From Eledone cirrhosa (lineage: Eukaryota), in the NCBI GenBank assembly GCA_964016885.1, contig OZ024740.1, forward strand, positions 272,056,001-272,120,000: 64,000 nucleotides of DNA. The letters run 5' to 3'. Under the pieces are notes generated by a model. It saw only the letters and a list, made by a program, of their open reading frames with translations, made no database searches and was not told the origin of the DNA. This document shows, piece after piece, positions 15,521 to 30,790 of the stretch (position 1 is its first letter; every line of letters begins with the position of its first letter). Both the position numbers and the translations under genes were made by a program.

Positions 15521-16277
15521 TTCTTCCTAGAGACTATGTTGAAAAATAAACCTCATGTGGTTAATCCATGGCAGTTCTTTCTAGGGAGTATGTTGAAAAA
15601 TAAACCTCATGTGGTTAATCCATGGGAGTTCTTTCTAGGGAGTATGTTGAAAAATAAACCTCGTGTGGTTATTCCATGAGAGTTCTTTCTAGGGACTATG
15701 TTGAAAAATAAACCTCATGTGGTTAATCCATGGGAGTTCTTTCTAGGAACTATGTTGAAAAATAAACCTCGTGTGGTTATTCCATGAGAGTTCTTTCTAG
15801 GGACTATGTTGAAAAATAAACCTCATGTGGTTAATCCATGGCAGTTCTTTCTAGGGAGTATGTTGAAAAATAAACCTCATGTGGTTAATCCATGGGAGTT
15901 CTTTCTAGGGAGTATGTTGAAAAATAAACCTCGTGTGGTTAATCCATGGGAGTTCTTTCTAGGGAGTATGTTGAAAAATAAACCTCATGTGGTTAATCCA
16001 TGGGAGTTCTTTCTAGGGACTATGTTGAAAAATAAACCTCATGTGGTTAATCCATGGGAGTTCTTTCTAGGGACTATGTTGAAAAATAAACCTCGTGTGG
16101 TTAATCCATGGGAGTTCTTTCTAGGGACTATGTTGAAAAATAAACCTCGTGTGGTTATTCCATGAGAGTTCTTTCTAGGGACTATGTTGAAAAATAAACC
16201 TCGTGTGGTTATTCCATGAGAGTTCTTTCTAGGGACTATGTTGAAAAATAAACCTCGTGTGGTTATTCCATGGGAGT
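15521..16277. repeat. 54-bp minisatellite, 14 units, MITE-derived
   Basis: gaaaaataaacc recurs every 54 nt from 15541 to 16243. Confidence 0.96.
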
Positions 16278-16445
16278 ATCTTGGTCAGCCTATGAACTTT
16301 TCAGTCAATTAACTTTTGAGCCGACCCTCGTATGAGCAGAGAAAAATATTTATGTGTCGAGGGCACAACGTCAGACTGGCTTTCTAGCCGCGACCATCTT
16401 ACCTTTTTTCTGGCTTATTATATCGAATATTATTTATCTTGTGTA

Positions 16446-19125
16446 GGGCAGTGGATTGTCAGTATCGGTAGAGAGTCGGACACCATGCTTTGCAGCATAG
16501 AGTTACGACCCTTTATGATCTGAGTTCAAATCCTGCCGAAGTTAACTTTGCCTTTTATCCTTATGGGGTCGATAAAATAAAGTACCAGTAATGCACTGGG
16601 ATAATTTGCCTTTCATCGTTACAGGGTCGATAAAATAAAGTACCAGTAATGTACTGGGTAATTGCTGGCCTTGTGCCAAAAGTAGAAACAATTATTATCG
16701 GTGGATTGGTAGTATCGGTAGAGGGTCGGACGCCATGCTTTGACGCATAGAGTTACGGCCTTTGTCATTCTGAGTTCAAATCCCACCGAGGTTAACTTTG
16801 CCTTTCATCCTTACGGGGTCGTTAAAATAAAGCACCAGTAATGCACTGCGGTCGATTTAATCGACTTTGCCCTCCCCCAAATTACTGGCCTTGTGCCTAT
16901 ATAAGAAACCATTCTTACAGATATTGAAGAACATTTCACATATAAACGTATTGAACGATATGTTTAGTGAAGGTTAAATATCATAAAAAGGAGATTGATA
17001 GAAAAAACAACAACAAAAAGACATCGGTGGAAAGAAACAGGTCAACAACGAGGATTCTTGGATTCTTGGATTTATGGATCTAGCTGCACTTCAATGTTCA
17101 AGCCCTCCCGCCTCAAGCCCCGGGCTCTATAATGTTAATAATAGGCTTATACTCTCATCTTAAGGCACATAGATATAGTTGGAATAAAATTCTCGACAGT
17201 GAAAGATGCCAATAATTATGATGATGATGATGATGATGATGATGATAATGATGAGGGTGATAAGATATTTATTCAGTTTATTATTATGATTGTGAAAAGG
17301 ACAGTAGATTAGCAGTGTCGGTAGAGCGTCGGACAACATGCTTTGCAGAATATAGTTTGGTTCCTTTACGTTCTGAGTTCAAATCCCACCGAGGTTAGCA
17401 TTGCCTTTCTACCCACAGGGTCGATAAAACAAAATACCAGTCACTCCCAGGGTCGATTTAATCGACTTTCCTCTCCCCTTAAATTGATGGCCTTGTGCCT
17501 ATATTTATAAAAATTTCATACTTGATGACCCAATAATTTAGTTGTAGTTATGTTTTTTAATCTTTCACAATGATAATAATGGTTTCTGATTTAGGCACAA
17601 GGCCAGCAATTACCCAGTGCATTACTGGTACTTTATTTTATCGACCCTTTGGGGATGAAAAGCAATGCTAAGCTCGGTGGGATTTGAACTCAGACCATAA
17701 AGGGCCGTAACTGGTCTGAGTTCAAATCCCACCGAGGTTAACTTTGCCTTTCATCCTTACGGGGGTCGATAAAATAAAGTACCAGTAATGTACTGGTTAA
17801 TTGCTGGCCTTGTGCCAAAAGTAGAAACAATTATTATCATTGTGAAACATAATTACAACTAAATTATTGGGTCGTCAAGTATGAAATTTGTAGAATTTTT
17901 CTACAAATTTCATACTTGACGATCCAATAATAATGGTTTCATATATAGACACAGGGCCAGCAATTTTTTTTTTTTTTGGTCGATTAAATCGACCCAAGTG
18001 CGTGACTGGTACTTTATTTTTATCGACCCTGAAAGGATGAAAGGCAAAGTTAACCTCGGCGGGATTTGAACTCAGATCATAAAAGACCATGCTGCAAAGC
18101 ATGGCGTCTAACTCTCTACCGATACTGCCAATCTGCTGCCCTTGAGGATCCAATAATAATTATTTCTACTTTAGGCACAAGGCCAGCAATTACCCAGTAC
18201 ATTACTGGTACTTTATTTTATCGACCCCGTAAGGATGAAAGGCAAAGTCAAACTCGGCGGGATTTGAACTCAGATCGTAAAGGGACGTAACTATGCTGGA
18301 AAGCATGGCGTCCGACTCTCTACCGATACTGCCAATCTGCTGCCCTTGACGATCCAATAATAATGAAATCAAGAATTCAGCAACCACGATAGTAGTTGAT
18401 GTTGTTTAGCACCAGATCAGCATTAATCGAACAAATCAAGTTTCAGTCAAGCTAAATTCCAACGTCTTTAAACAAATGTTCATCGTACCTGGTCTTTGGT
18501 GTTTTGTCTGTGGAAACATAAGACATGATCACTGCAGGGAATGTTGATGGGGGGTTGAAAAACAACAACGACGACAACAATAACAACCACAACAACGACA
18601 ATAAAAATAACAACAACAACAACAACAACGACGACAATAACAACAACAACAACGACGACAATAACAACAACAACGACGACAATAAATAACAACAACAACA
18701 ACAATAACAACAACAACAACAACAACAACAATAACAACCACAACGACGACAATAAATAACAACAACAACAACAATAACAACAACAACAACGACAACAACA
18801 GAAACAACAATAACAACGACGACAGCGACGGCAGCGACGACAACAACAACAACAACAACAACAACAACGTAGTCGTCGACAGCAACAACAGCAATGACAA
18901 CAACAACAATAGTGACAACAACAACAACAACAATAATAAGTGTTTCTACTTTTTGGCACAAGGCCAGCAATTATCCCAGTGTATTACTGGTACTTTATTT
19001 TATCGACCCCGTAAGGAGGAAAGGCAAAGTTAACCTCGGCGGGATTTGAACTCAGAATGGCAAGGGCCGTAACTCTTTGCTGCAAAGCATGGCGTCCGAC
19101 TCTCTACCGATACTGCCAATCCACC
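16446..19125. mobile_element. Cluster of SINE family A copies
   Basis: Same consensus as above. Copies at +16446-16912, +17298-17505, a fold-back pair at 17577-17835, -17930-18346 and -18935-19125. An (AAC)n tract lies at ~18560-18935. Confidence 0.87.
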
Positions 19126-19344
19126 AATAACGACGACAACAACAACAATGACAAAAACAAGAGCAATGAAGTCGACGACAACGGCAGCGAGAAACGTTAA
19201 AACTACCGAAAGCAATATATTTTCTTTTCACCTTAACATTTACATTTAATTGCAGAAGGTGGTGCAGTAATGCACCAGCTGCTGCATTAGGTAATCAGAA
19301 GAAGGGAGGTAAGTGTAAAAACGCAAACGCACTATCTTCAATTC

Positions 19345-20095
19345 GATATCCGTGCCAACCCTTACCTATGATCATGAATCTTGACCGAAAGAATACGATC
19401 ACGAATAGAAACGGCCGAAATGGGGTTCCTCCTCCGATGGGTCTTTCAGACTCAGACTCAGAAGCTCCCGCATCTTGCGACGCATGAGGCAATCATAGTG
19501 TTCCACCGCGTTTGGTCAGCAACCAGTTGCACAGCGTCCCGCCATTGTCTGTTTGTCGCTCGCAGGTCCCTCTCAACTGTCTGGCGCCAGTTCATTTTGG
19601 GTCGCCCTCTCCGTCTGCTTCCCTGTGGGTTCCATTTAAGTACTTGGTTCGCCAGTCTTTCCGGGGGGGAAGTCTCAAAGCGTGCCCAAACCAGCCCAGG
19701 CGTCGCTTGCAGATGGCAGAAGATGGGTTTTTGGAGTAGCGTTAATCAATAGAGTGCGTAGCTTGGAGATCTGAGAGGTTTCCCAGGTAGAGCCGCTACT
19801 TCTCCGTATCGAGAGATTACAGACATGTGGTTAGAATGTCTCAGGAAAGAATCGCTGGACAGATTTTACGGGCAAAGCCAACCGCCAGGAGACCTAGAGG
19901 TAGACCCCCCGAGCAAGATGGTTAGATAACATCTATGAGCTCGGCTGGTCTCGTTTGGGGATCCAGCCGGATCAGTTGGAGAGGGTTGCTTCTGACAGGA
20001 CCCACTGGAAGGAGTGTTTGAGGACTCTACCTCCATGACTCTCTCAGGAATAAGGGGGCGAAGAAGAAGAAGAAGAAAAAGAAGAAGAAGAAAGA
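19345..20095 (+). mobile_element. Degenerate RTE LINE 3' portion with (GAA)n tail
   Basis: VPTLTYDHE..TERIRSRIETAEMGFL, then after the insertion EPLLLRIER..HVVRM..RRPRGRP, and a gaagaa tail at ~20060. Confidence 0.8.
19446..19721 (-). mobile_element. Second RTE-family 3' end nested antisense in the first
   Basis: Minus strand reads RRLGWFGHALR..WNPQGSRRRGRPKMNWRQTV, with a (GAGTCT)n tail. Flanked by gatgggtctt (19436) and gatgggtttt (19722). Confidence 0.8.
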
Positions 20096-20499
20096 GGAGG
20101 GGTAATATGTCACGTGATTATGTGAATGATTCAAGAATGACTTAATTGTAGACAGAATGAAGACCCTTGATGGGTCGATGCTTATTTGGTTATAAGCCAA
20201 ACTAAAGGGAAAAACAAAAGCCAAAACAACCAACAAACTAACTGTAAAATATCCCCAGAAAAAAAGACTCCAAAAAAAAAAAAAAAAAAAAAAAAAACTC
20301 GGAAAAGGATAAGGAAAAAAGAAGAAACATAGGATATAGGTAGACAGAAATACGTGGGAAGATGTTTTTGTTGTTATTTTACTTCTTAAGGTCCAACATC
20401 ATCATTTATACAGCATCACTTAATCTCAGTCACTACCTCTACAGTCCACACACACACACATGCACACATGCGCGCGCGCGCACTATCCCCCCCCCCCAC

Positions 20500-22345
<1,846 letters not shown>

Positions 22346-22772
22346 TTGTGTCTGGATTAGGCGCAATTTAGGAGGAAGTGAAAGTTGATTAAATCGACCC
22401 TAATAAATGACTGGTACTTTATTTTATTTACTCTGGAAGGTTATGAAGCCAATGAATGGTAATTGAACTCAGAACGTAACGAGCTAGAAGAAATATGGCG
22501 ACGTATTTTATCATACACCCTACAGATTAATAGCTATCTTCTGGCAGGTAGACTCTGTAGTTGCTATTTAATCCCTCGCCTTAATTTTGGCAAATGTCTA
22601 AATTAACCAATAACACATTCACTCTAACATCACGTCCAATCATCACAAACAAATATATACACTCATACGTAAATATAACCCACACACGCACACACAATCA
22701 CGCACAATCACGCACAAACACGCACACACACGCTCAAACACGCACACACAGGCACACATATAAGAATGGATT

Positions 22773-23356
22773 CTACAAGGCCAGGAATTTTAGGTGAGAG
22801 AGAAAGTCGATTAAATCGACCCTTAGTGCATTTTTATCAAGCCCGTAAGTATGGAAGGCAAAGTTAACCTTGGCGGGATTTAAACTCAGAACGTAAAGGA
22901 ACGTAACTCTATGCTGCAAAGCATGTGTCCGACGCTCTACCGATACTGCCAATCCACCGCCCTTAATAATTGTTTCTACTTTTGGCACAAGGCCAGCAAT
23001 TATTCCAGTGTATTACTGGTACTTTATTTTATCGACCCCGTAAGGATGAAAGGCAAAGTTAACCTTGGCGGGATTTAAACTCAGAACGTAAAGGAACTTA
23101 ACTCTATGCTGCAAAGCATGTCGTCCGACGCTCTACCGATACTGCCAATCCACCGCCCTTAATAATTGTTTCTACTTTAGGCACAAGGCCAGCAATTATT
23201 CCAGTGTATTACTGGTACTTTATTTTATCGACCCCGTAAGGATGAAAGGCAAAGTTAACCTCGGCGGGATTTGAACTCAGATCATAAGGGGTGTAACTCT
23301 ATGCTGCAAAGCATGTCGTCCGACCCTCTACCGATACTGCCAATCCACTGCCCTTA
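22773..23356 (-). mobile_element. Three head-to-tail SINE family A copies
   Basis: Roughly 188-bp period, junction ccgcccttaataattgtttctac. Confidence 0.9.
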
Positions 23357-23466
23357 ATAATAATAATAATAAGTTTTACAAATGGAAACAGAAGACGCTA
23401 CGGTGCAAGCAAATTGAGCAAATAGTATCGCAGGAAGGGAGAAATATATTTTCAGTAGCTCTAACA

Positions 23467-23549
23467 GTTGGCAGGTGAACAGTGAACTGCACTGATGAAG
23501 GGTAATCACCCAGAAACATTAGTGTCTGCAGTTCTGTTTACATGCCAAC
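23467..23549 (+). ncRNA. Type I hammerhead ribozyme with extended bulged helix I, intact core
   Basis: gttggca-g-gtgaacag-tg-aactgca CTGATGA a-gggt(aatc)accc-a GAAA ca(ttag)tg TC tgcagtt-ctgtttac-a-tgccaac. About 22 bp of helix I; GUC triplet at 23524-23526. Confidence 0.88.
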
Positions 23550-23704
23550 ACAAGAGCAAGAATGAGGGGTTCATTCTACTGACATGGCTATAAAATTGAG
23601 GCTTGTTTGCATAATAGCAAACGAATCGAATATTATTATTAATATTCGAAAAACTCAGATTACATTTATTGTATTCAGTCATGTAGAGCGGTAACTTTTT
23701 TTTG

Positions 23705-23749
<45 letters not shown>

Positions 23750-23822
23750 TACATACATACATACATACATATATATATGTATTCATATATACGTATATAT
23801 ATATATATATATATATTCCTAT

Positions 23823-23853
<31 letters not shown>

Positions 23854-23969
23854 CATACATATATATATTCATATATATATATATATATATTCCTATATAT
23901 ATATATATATATATTCATATATATATAGGTAAACATAGTCATAGGAAATATGTTCTATGGTCCCGGTTG

Positions 23970-24043
<74 letters not shown>

Positions 24044-24055
24044 CACGCGCGCGCA

Positions 24056-24112
<57 letters not shown>

Positions 24113-24638
24113 GTATATAGCCATATATATGTATGTGTCTGTCTCTCTGTCTGTCTGTATATATAATTCAATTAATTTTTCATAAATCATATTTATAATA
24201 TATATTGTGTTTAAAAGTACAATATATTTAAAAAAAAATAATTTAAGTTATGTAATCCTTTGTTTTAAAATCACACACAACTTCCGGTAGTTTTCGTGAG
24301 TGAAAATGAAAATGTTTTATCAATTTTATCAACATAACTCTTATCTTCACCTAATACGTCTCTCTGCAAGACATGTTTTATTAAGAAAGTTTTGAGGAAA
24401 CCATTTATTTTCCCATCATCTATCAATCCATATGCGTCTGTCGGTGTTTCCATCTCTTTGTGTCTATCTATAACTATCTATCTACATATCTATGTATATC
24501 TACCTATTTATTTATTTCTCACTCTCTCTCATTTCATTTTCTCTCTCTTCTATTTATGCCTGTCTCTTTATAACTCTATACATACGTATATGTAAGAAAA
24601 CAAGTATACTACTTGTAAGATAGAGAGTTCATGCGCTG

Positions 24639-24670
<32 letters not shown>

Positions 24671-24679
24671 CAGCACCAA

Positions 24680-24718
<39 letters not shown>

Positions 24719-24982
24719 CAAATATATTATTCCAAGTAAAAAGTGTTAGTTGATCAAGCAATCGACCGACCTGGTACATATATCTATGTATACACACACA
24801 TATATATATTTAATATATGTACGTATCTATGTATGTTTGTATGGATGTATATATATATGTAAAGAGGGACAGGTAGCTTCTGGTGGAGTCATATGGTCAT
24901 CATATTTACATACGGCGTTTCTTGGGCATTTCAAACCTGGTGGAGTTCATGCCTATCAAGGCTTGAACAGAGGCAATTTCTT

Positions 24983-25044
<62 letters not shown>

Positions 25045-25391
25045 TGGGGGAAGAATATACCCCAGTACTAGACTGGTACTTTTTTTATCGACCTCGAAAG
25101 GACGAAAGGCAAAGTTAACCTCGGCTCGGCGGAATTTGAACTCCGACCATAAAGAGGCGTAATTCTATCCTGCAAAGCATGGCGTCCGACCTTCTACCGA
25201 TACTGCCATTCCTCCGCCCTTAAGATAATAATAAACATATTTTTATTAGATCAATTATGACCCGAAACTCTTTCCATTTAGTTGAATTTAGATCATGACC
25301 TTTAACTGGATCAATAAGAGCATTATTTTTAACTACTCGATTATCATCATGATTTCATAATTATGGAACCTTATGAATTCTTGGACTCTCT

Positions 25392-25608
25392 TTAACCCTT
25401 TAGCATTTACATTACTATATATTTACTATTGTATTTTTGTGGTAAAGGCTTTATCTTACATTTTATCTCGCATAATATCGAATCTATGAGATTTTGATAT
25501 TGTTTATTTTGAGAAAATACCTTAACATCAGCATGAGTGGCCAGTTTGAACTGAAAGAGGTGAGAGAGTTCAGGCCGGATATGGCCGGTTTAAATGCTAA
25601 AGAGTTAA
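25392..25608. mobile_element. piggyBac-type MITE (TTAA-CCC ends)
   Basis: ttaaccctttagcattt ... aaatgctaaagagttaa. An inverse copy is at 57018-57246 and a partial copy at ~55213-55415. Confidence 0.8.
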
Positions 25609-25972
25609 TAATTTTAACAATAATCTAATGACAACGAGATAGAATACGGTAAGGAATAATTCTATTTATTGTCTCAGAAATTTGCTCTGTTTTTGCTTTT
25701 TATTTATAGCTTATTTTTATAGAAGATTAGTTGCTAACATAGATATTGTTATTCGCTTCGTATACAGGAATAATAAGAGATTGCTTGACAGCAAATTAAG
25801 TGTTTATAAGAAGACAATTACGCATATACGAAGGTGGCTAAAAAAGTTCATAGGATGACCAAGATACTCTCATAGAATGACCAAATGAGACATAGTCCCT
25901 GGAAAGAAACAATGCAGTTATTAATAGTTAGCTTTGAACTTTTCAATAGTTACCTATGAACTTTTCAACCGA

Positions 25973-26041
<69 letters not shown>

Positions 26042-26072
26042 ACACACACACACACCCACACACACACACACA

Positions 26073-26156
<84 letters not shown>

Positions 26157-26199
26157 CCCCCCCGCACACATATATATATATATATATTATGTATATATA

Positions 26200-26402
26200 T
26201 ACGAGGGTCGGTTGAAAAGTTCATAGGATGACCAAGATACTCTCATGGAATGACCAAATGAGGTTTATTTTTCAACACAGTACCTGCAAAGAAAAAAATG
26301 CAGTTATTAATAAAAATAGTTGAAATTAATGCATGCAATATTTCACAGCTCTAGCATCACTCCTTCATAGCCAGCCTATGAACATTTAAACCGACCCGTG
26401 TA
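26200..26402. mobile_element. Tc1/mariner-type MITE, unexpanded ~200-bp copy
   Basis: TAcgagggtcggttgaaaagttcatagg ... cctatgaacatttaaaccgacccgtgTA. Partial copies at ~25827-25972 and ~58033-58192. Confidence 0.85.
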
Positions 26403-26637
26403 CGTTAGGTTACATTTATTTAAACATGGAATACTAAGTAACAGAAGTAATTCGCATTCACATAGAACGGTTAAAGTCGGCTAAGATTGGAGTTGTTTTG
26501 AATTAAATAAAACAAAAGGCAATGAATAAAAGTATCTCATAGGAAAACGTTATTGTAAAGCTATAATTAATATTTTGTTAATGGTGTATATATGTAAAAG
26601 ATTGTATATCAGTAGACAGAATCAAAGAATATACACG

Positions 26638-26702
<65 letters not shown>

Positions 26703-26708
<6 letters not shown>

Positions 26709-27431
26709 GTTGAAAAGGTATCAATAAAACAGGGATAAAACCCCCAGTGTATGGAATCTATAACCTATGAAAGGCAGAGTATAGACACGATAATTAAAAA
26801 TATAAATTAAAGCGTAAATAAATACCTCTATAACTATATAACACAGGTACAAATCCAAAGTGATCTGTTTCGCCAGTAAGTTGTTGACATAAATGAAATA
26901 ACCCAGGTTCATCAGCGTGTGTAAGGCTATACATTTCAGACAACACTAAGAGAATTTTTAAAGCGACCTTCCAGCTACACGTGGGAGAGAGAAGTCACAG
27001 CGTGTTTAAGGGCAGTGAAGATACAGAGAGATACAGTGCGCTATCAATAAAACAGGGAAAAACCACCAGTGTATGGAATCTATAACCTATGAAAGGCAGA
27101 GTATAGACACGATAATTTATAGACACTGTTTTATTGATAGCGCACTGTATCTCTCTCTAGTGTGTTACCTTTTCAACATATTGTATTTTAAAGAGCTCAG
27201 GATTTCCTCTCCTTTGAGCACATTATTTACAGGGAACGGCGAGAGTCTATGGCTCCGTTAATGTATCGTGATATTTCGCTCCTTATAACAGCCTTTCTCC
27301 TCTTTCTCTGTTTGGTTGAGCACACTTCTCTGAGTGGTTTTGGGCTGCCCTTTCTAGCAGCTCGTCCCTCAGAGGCCACTGGTTCACTGCCATTAAACAC
27401 GCTGTGACTTCTCTCTCCCACGTGTAGCTGG
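26703..27431. mobile_element. (TA)n-flanked element made of direct and inverted self-copies (PLE pseudo-LTR-like)
   Basis: Direct repeat ~26719-26794 / 27042-27117. Inverted pairs 26971-27019 / 27382-27431, 27026-27054 / 27127-27156 and 26704-26720 / 27168-27183. CTGATGA...GAAA on the minus strand at 26863-26915. Confidence 0.65.
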
Positions 27432-27521
27432 TATATATACATATATAATTATATACATCTATATCTATATCTATATATCTATCTATCTATCTATGTGTCT
27501 ATATATATATTTATATATGTA

Positions 27522-27597
<76 letters not shown>

Positions 27598-28595
27598 CAC
27601 ACACACATATATGTACAACTATTTAAGTTCCGATCTTATGGAAATTCTTTCTTGAGCTTTATTTTGTCTTGGAACCAACCAAATTCACGTGACCATGTTT
27701 CCTACACGCGCTCACATACATCCATACTGACAAATGTATGTTTGTATGTATATATGTACGTACATATGTATATACGTACGTACGTATGTATGTATGCATG
27801 TATGTATGTATGCATGTATATATATATATATATATACTATATATAGATGATCTATATATATGATATATATATATATATATACACACACATATATATATAC
27901 ATACATATATATATATATATGTATATATTATGTATATATATATATATATGTGTAAATATATACACACATACATATATATGCACATATCTATACACATATA
28001 TACATGACATGCATATATAGACAAGCACACACACACACACACACGCACACATACACACACACACGCGTGCGTATAATATATATTTGTACATATAAAGTAC
28101 AAAGTATAAAATTTAAAAGAAAAAGAAAACGGAAACGAAAAAGAAAAAGAAAGGGAAACACGCAAACGTAATAAAGAAAAGCTAAGACAAGGTAAAGAAC
28201 CGTTGGAAATATAGTAAGTGAAAGTAATCGCTCTAAGCCATGATTAGTGAAACAGAAGTCAGTTAAGTAAGTAACGAGTGCAAATCAGTGTAAACGTGGA
28301 GTAAGTGAAAAACTAAAGGGCTCTTGTCCATGTTTGCATCAGTGACGGTTTTTATACACTGCCGCTCTCGTACCAGCTTAGTTCGTGAAAGTGGGAAGCA
28401 AGGCAGCGGCGTTACATTGTACGTTAAAGTGTAGACAATCCAGACGATGTCTTTCTGTAAAGGAATGAATATTCATTAGATTTGTGTGTCTCTTGTCAGT
28501 TGCTTGTCACCAGCTTTGCCCGAGTTCAGCTTGTCAGTGAACAAGTGAATACATAACATAACACAGCAGACGAAGACAACAAACATGCTGTCACT

Positions 28596-28695
<100 letters not shown>

Positions 28696-28973
28696 TATAT
28701 ATACTGTATATTTATATCTCAGTTTCTCACAATCACTCTCTCTCTCTCACAGTCTCTTCCTCTCTCTCTCACAGTTTCTCTCTCTCTCTCTCTCTCAGTC
28801 CCCCTCCCTCTCTCACAGTCTCTCTATCTCTCTCCCAGTCTCTCTATCTCTCAAACAGTATCTTTCTCTCCCCAACTTTTCCCTAATCCCTCTTTCTTTC
28901 ACTGTGTCTCTTTTCTACCTTTTGCTATACGTACGCACACTGACAGACTCATGCGCAGACGTATACACACACG

Positions 28974-29096
<123 letters not shown>

Positions 29097-29492
29097 GTGC
29101 AAATGCACACACATTCACTCATTTTCTTTCACTGTCTTCCTACTATCTCTTCTATCTTCTGTTTCTATCTTGTTTCTACCTTTATTTACCTCCCTTGTGG
29201 TATCATTCTCAGGAAGCTGAAGTGCAATTGTATCGTCTGCTGCCACAATTTATTGAACACCTCGCAAACGTACATACATACATACGTACATATATATATA
29301 CAAACATATATATATACATATATACATACATATATACATACATACACACAAACTATACATACATGCATACTTACGTACATACATACACAATACACACACA
29401 CACAAACATACACATAGACACATACATGCATATATACATAGACATATACATACCTGCATACACCTACATACATAATACATACATATATACAT

Positions 29493-30790
29493 AATGGTGG
29501 CTGCCAACTCGTTTTCGAGTACGGCCACCACTTTATATCCATGTAGGAGAACCCCTACCGATGCATTCTGGTACAAACACTACACTTGTGACAATTATTG
29601 ACACAGTGCTGGGCCCATAGTACCATGTGACGACAAGTGCAGAGAGATCTCCAGATATAAAGCAATGCCTGTGCCGTGAAGCTTTTATAGTGAGCAAAGG
29701 CACTGCACAAAGCCAGTCCCACTCTCTTAACCAAGATGATATTTACCAAAAAGAAGAACAAGTCAACATCATTGGATACCATCAGGGCTGCAGGTGTTAT
29801 ATCAGAGTTTTCCTTCTCCTAGAATTCTGCCCTGACAAAGGCTAAGGGGTCATCTCTCCCGGTGATTTTGGATGGCCAAGAGCTCCTTTGACAGGTTTTG
29901 TTTTTACTCCTGCAGGATGTCCAAAGTCACCCTCCTCACCAAGAAACCTTGGTGGGGTTGCCAGTTTAGTCGCCAACGACCCGACCATGAGACAGGTTGT
30001 ACTGGGATATATGTTACCAGTAGCACCAACTGGTGACCTGACATAATACATACACACATATATATATACACACATATATACACATACACACATATACATA
30101 TATATATACATACATACATACATACATATATAGATACATACATACATATACATATACACACATACATATATATATACATGGTGGCTGCCAACTCGTTTTC
30201 GAGTACGGCCACTACTTTATATCCATGTAGGAGAACCCCTACCGATGCGCTGAACGAGTGGGACTTTTTAGTCCAGCCAGCGACTTGAAAACTCTGGTAC
30301 AAACACTACACTTGTGACAATTATTGACACATAGTGCTGGGCCCATGGTACCATGTGACGACAAGTGCAGAGAGATCTCCAGATATAAAGCAATGCCTGT
30401 ACCGTGAAGCTTTTATAGTGAGCTAAGGCACTGCACAAAGCCAGTCCCACTCTCTTAACCAAGATGATATTTACCAAAAAGAACAAGTCAACATCATTGG
30501 ATACCATCAGGGTTGCAGGTGTTATATCAGAGTTTTCCTTCTCCTAGAATTCTGCCTTGACAAAGGCTAAGGAAGGGGTAATCTCTCTCGGTGATTTTGG
30601 ATGGCCATTGACTCTTAAGAGCTCCTTTGCCCTTTGACAGGTTTTGTTTTTAGTCCTGCAGGATGTCCAAAGTCACCCTCCTCACCAGGAAACCTTGGTG
30701 GGGTTGCCAGTTTAGTCGCCAACGACCCGACCATGAGACAGGTTGTACTGGGATACATGTTACCAGTAGCACCAACTAGTGACCTGACAT
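29493..30790 (-). repeat. Two diverged tandem copies of a ~550-610-bp interspersed element separated by (TACA)/(TA) microsatellite
   Basis: 29493-30045 and 30178-30790 are colinear with small indels. The minus strand resembles a LINE (RTE-like) 5' UTR; that assignment is tentative. Confidence 0.8.

Larger units (their letters stand above)
15223..16332. mobile_element. Tc1/mariner-type MITE containing a SINE insertion and an internal tandem array
   Basis: Ends TAtgaggggcggttgaaagtttcataggctgac and gtcagcctatgaactttt...ccgaccctcgTA. Same family as 26200-26402. Confidence 0.85.

Noticed and set aside
15521-16277. CRISPR-like array or 18-aa repeat protein
   Set aside because: Contiguous units without spacers, derived from the MITE interior.
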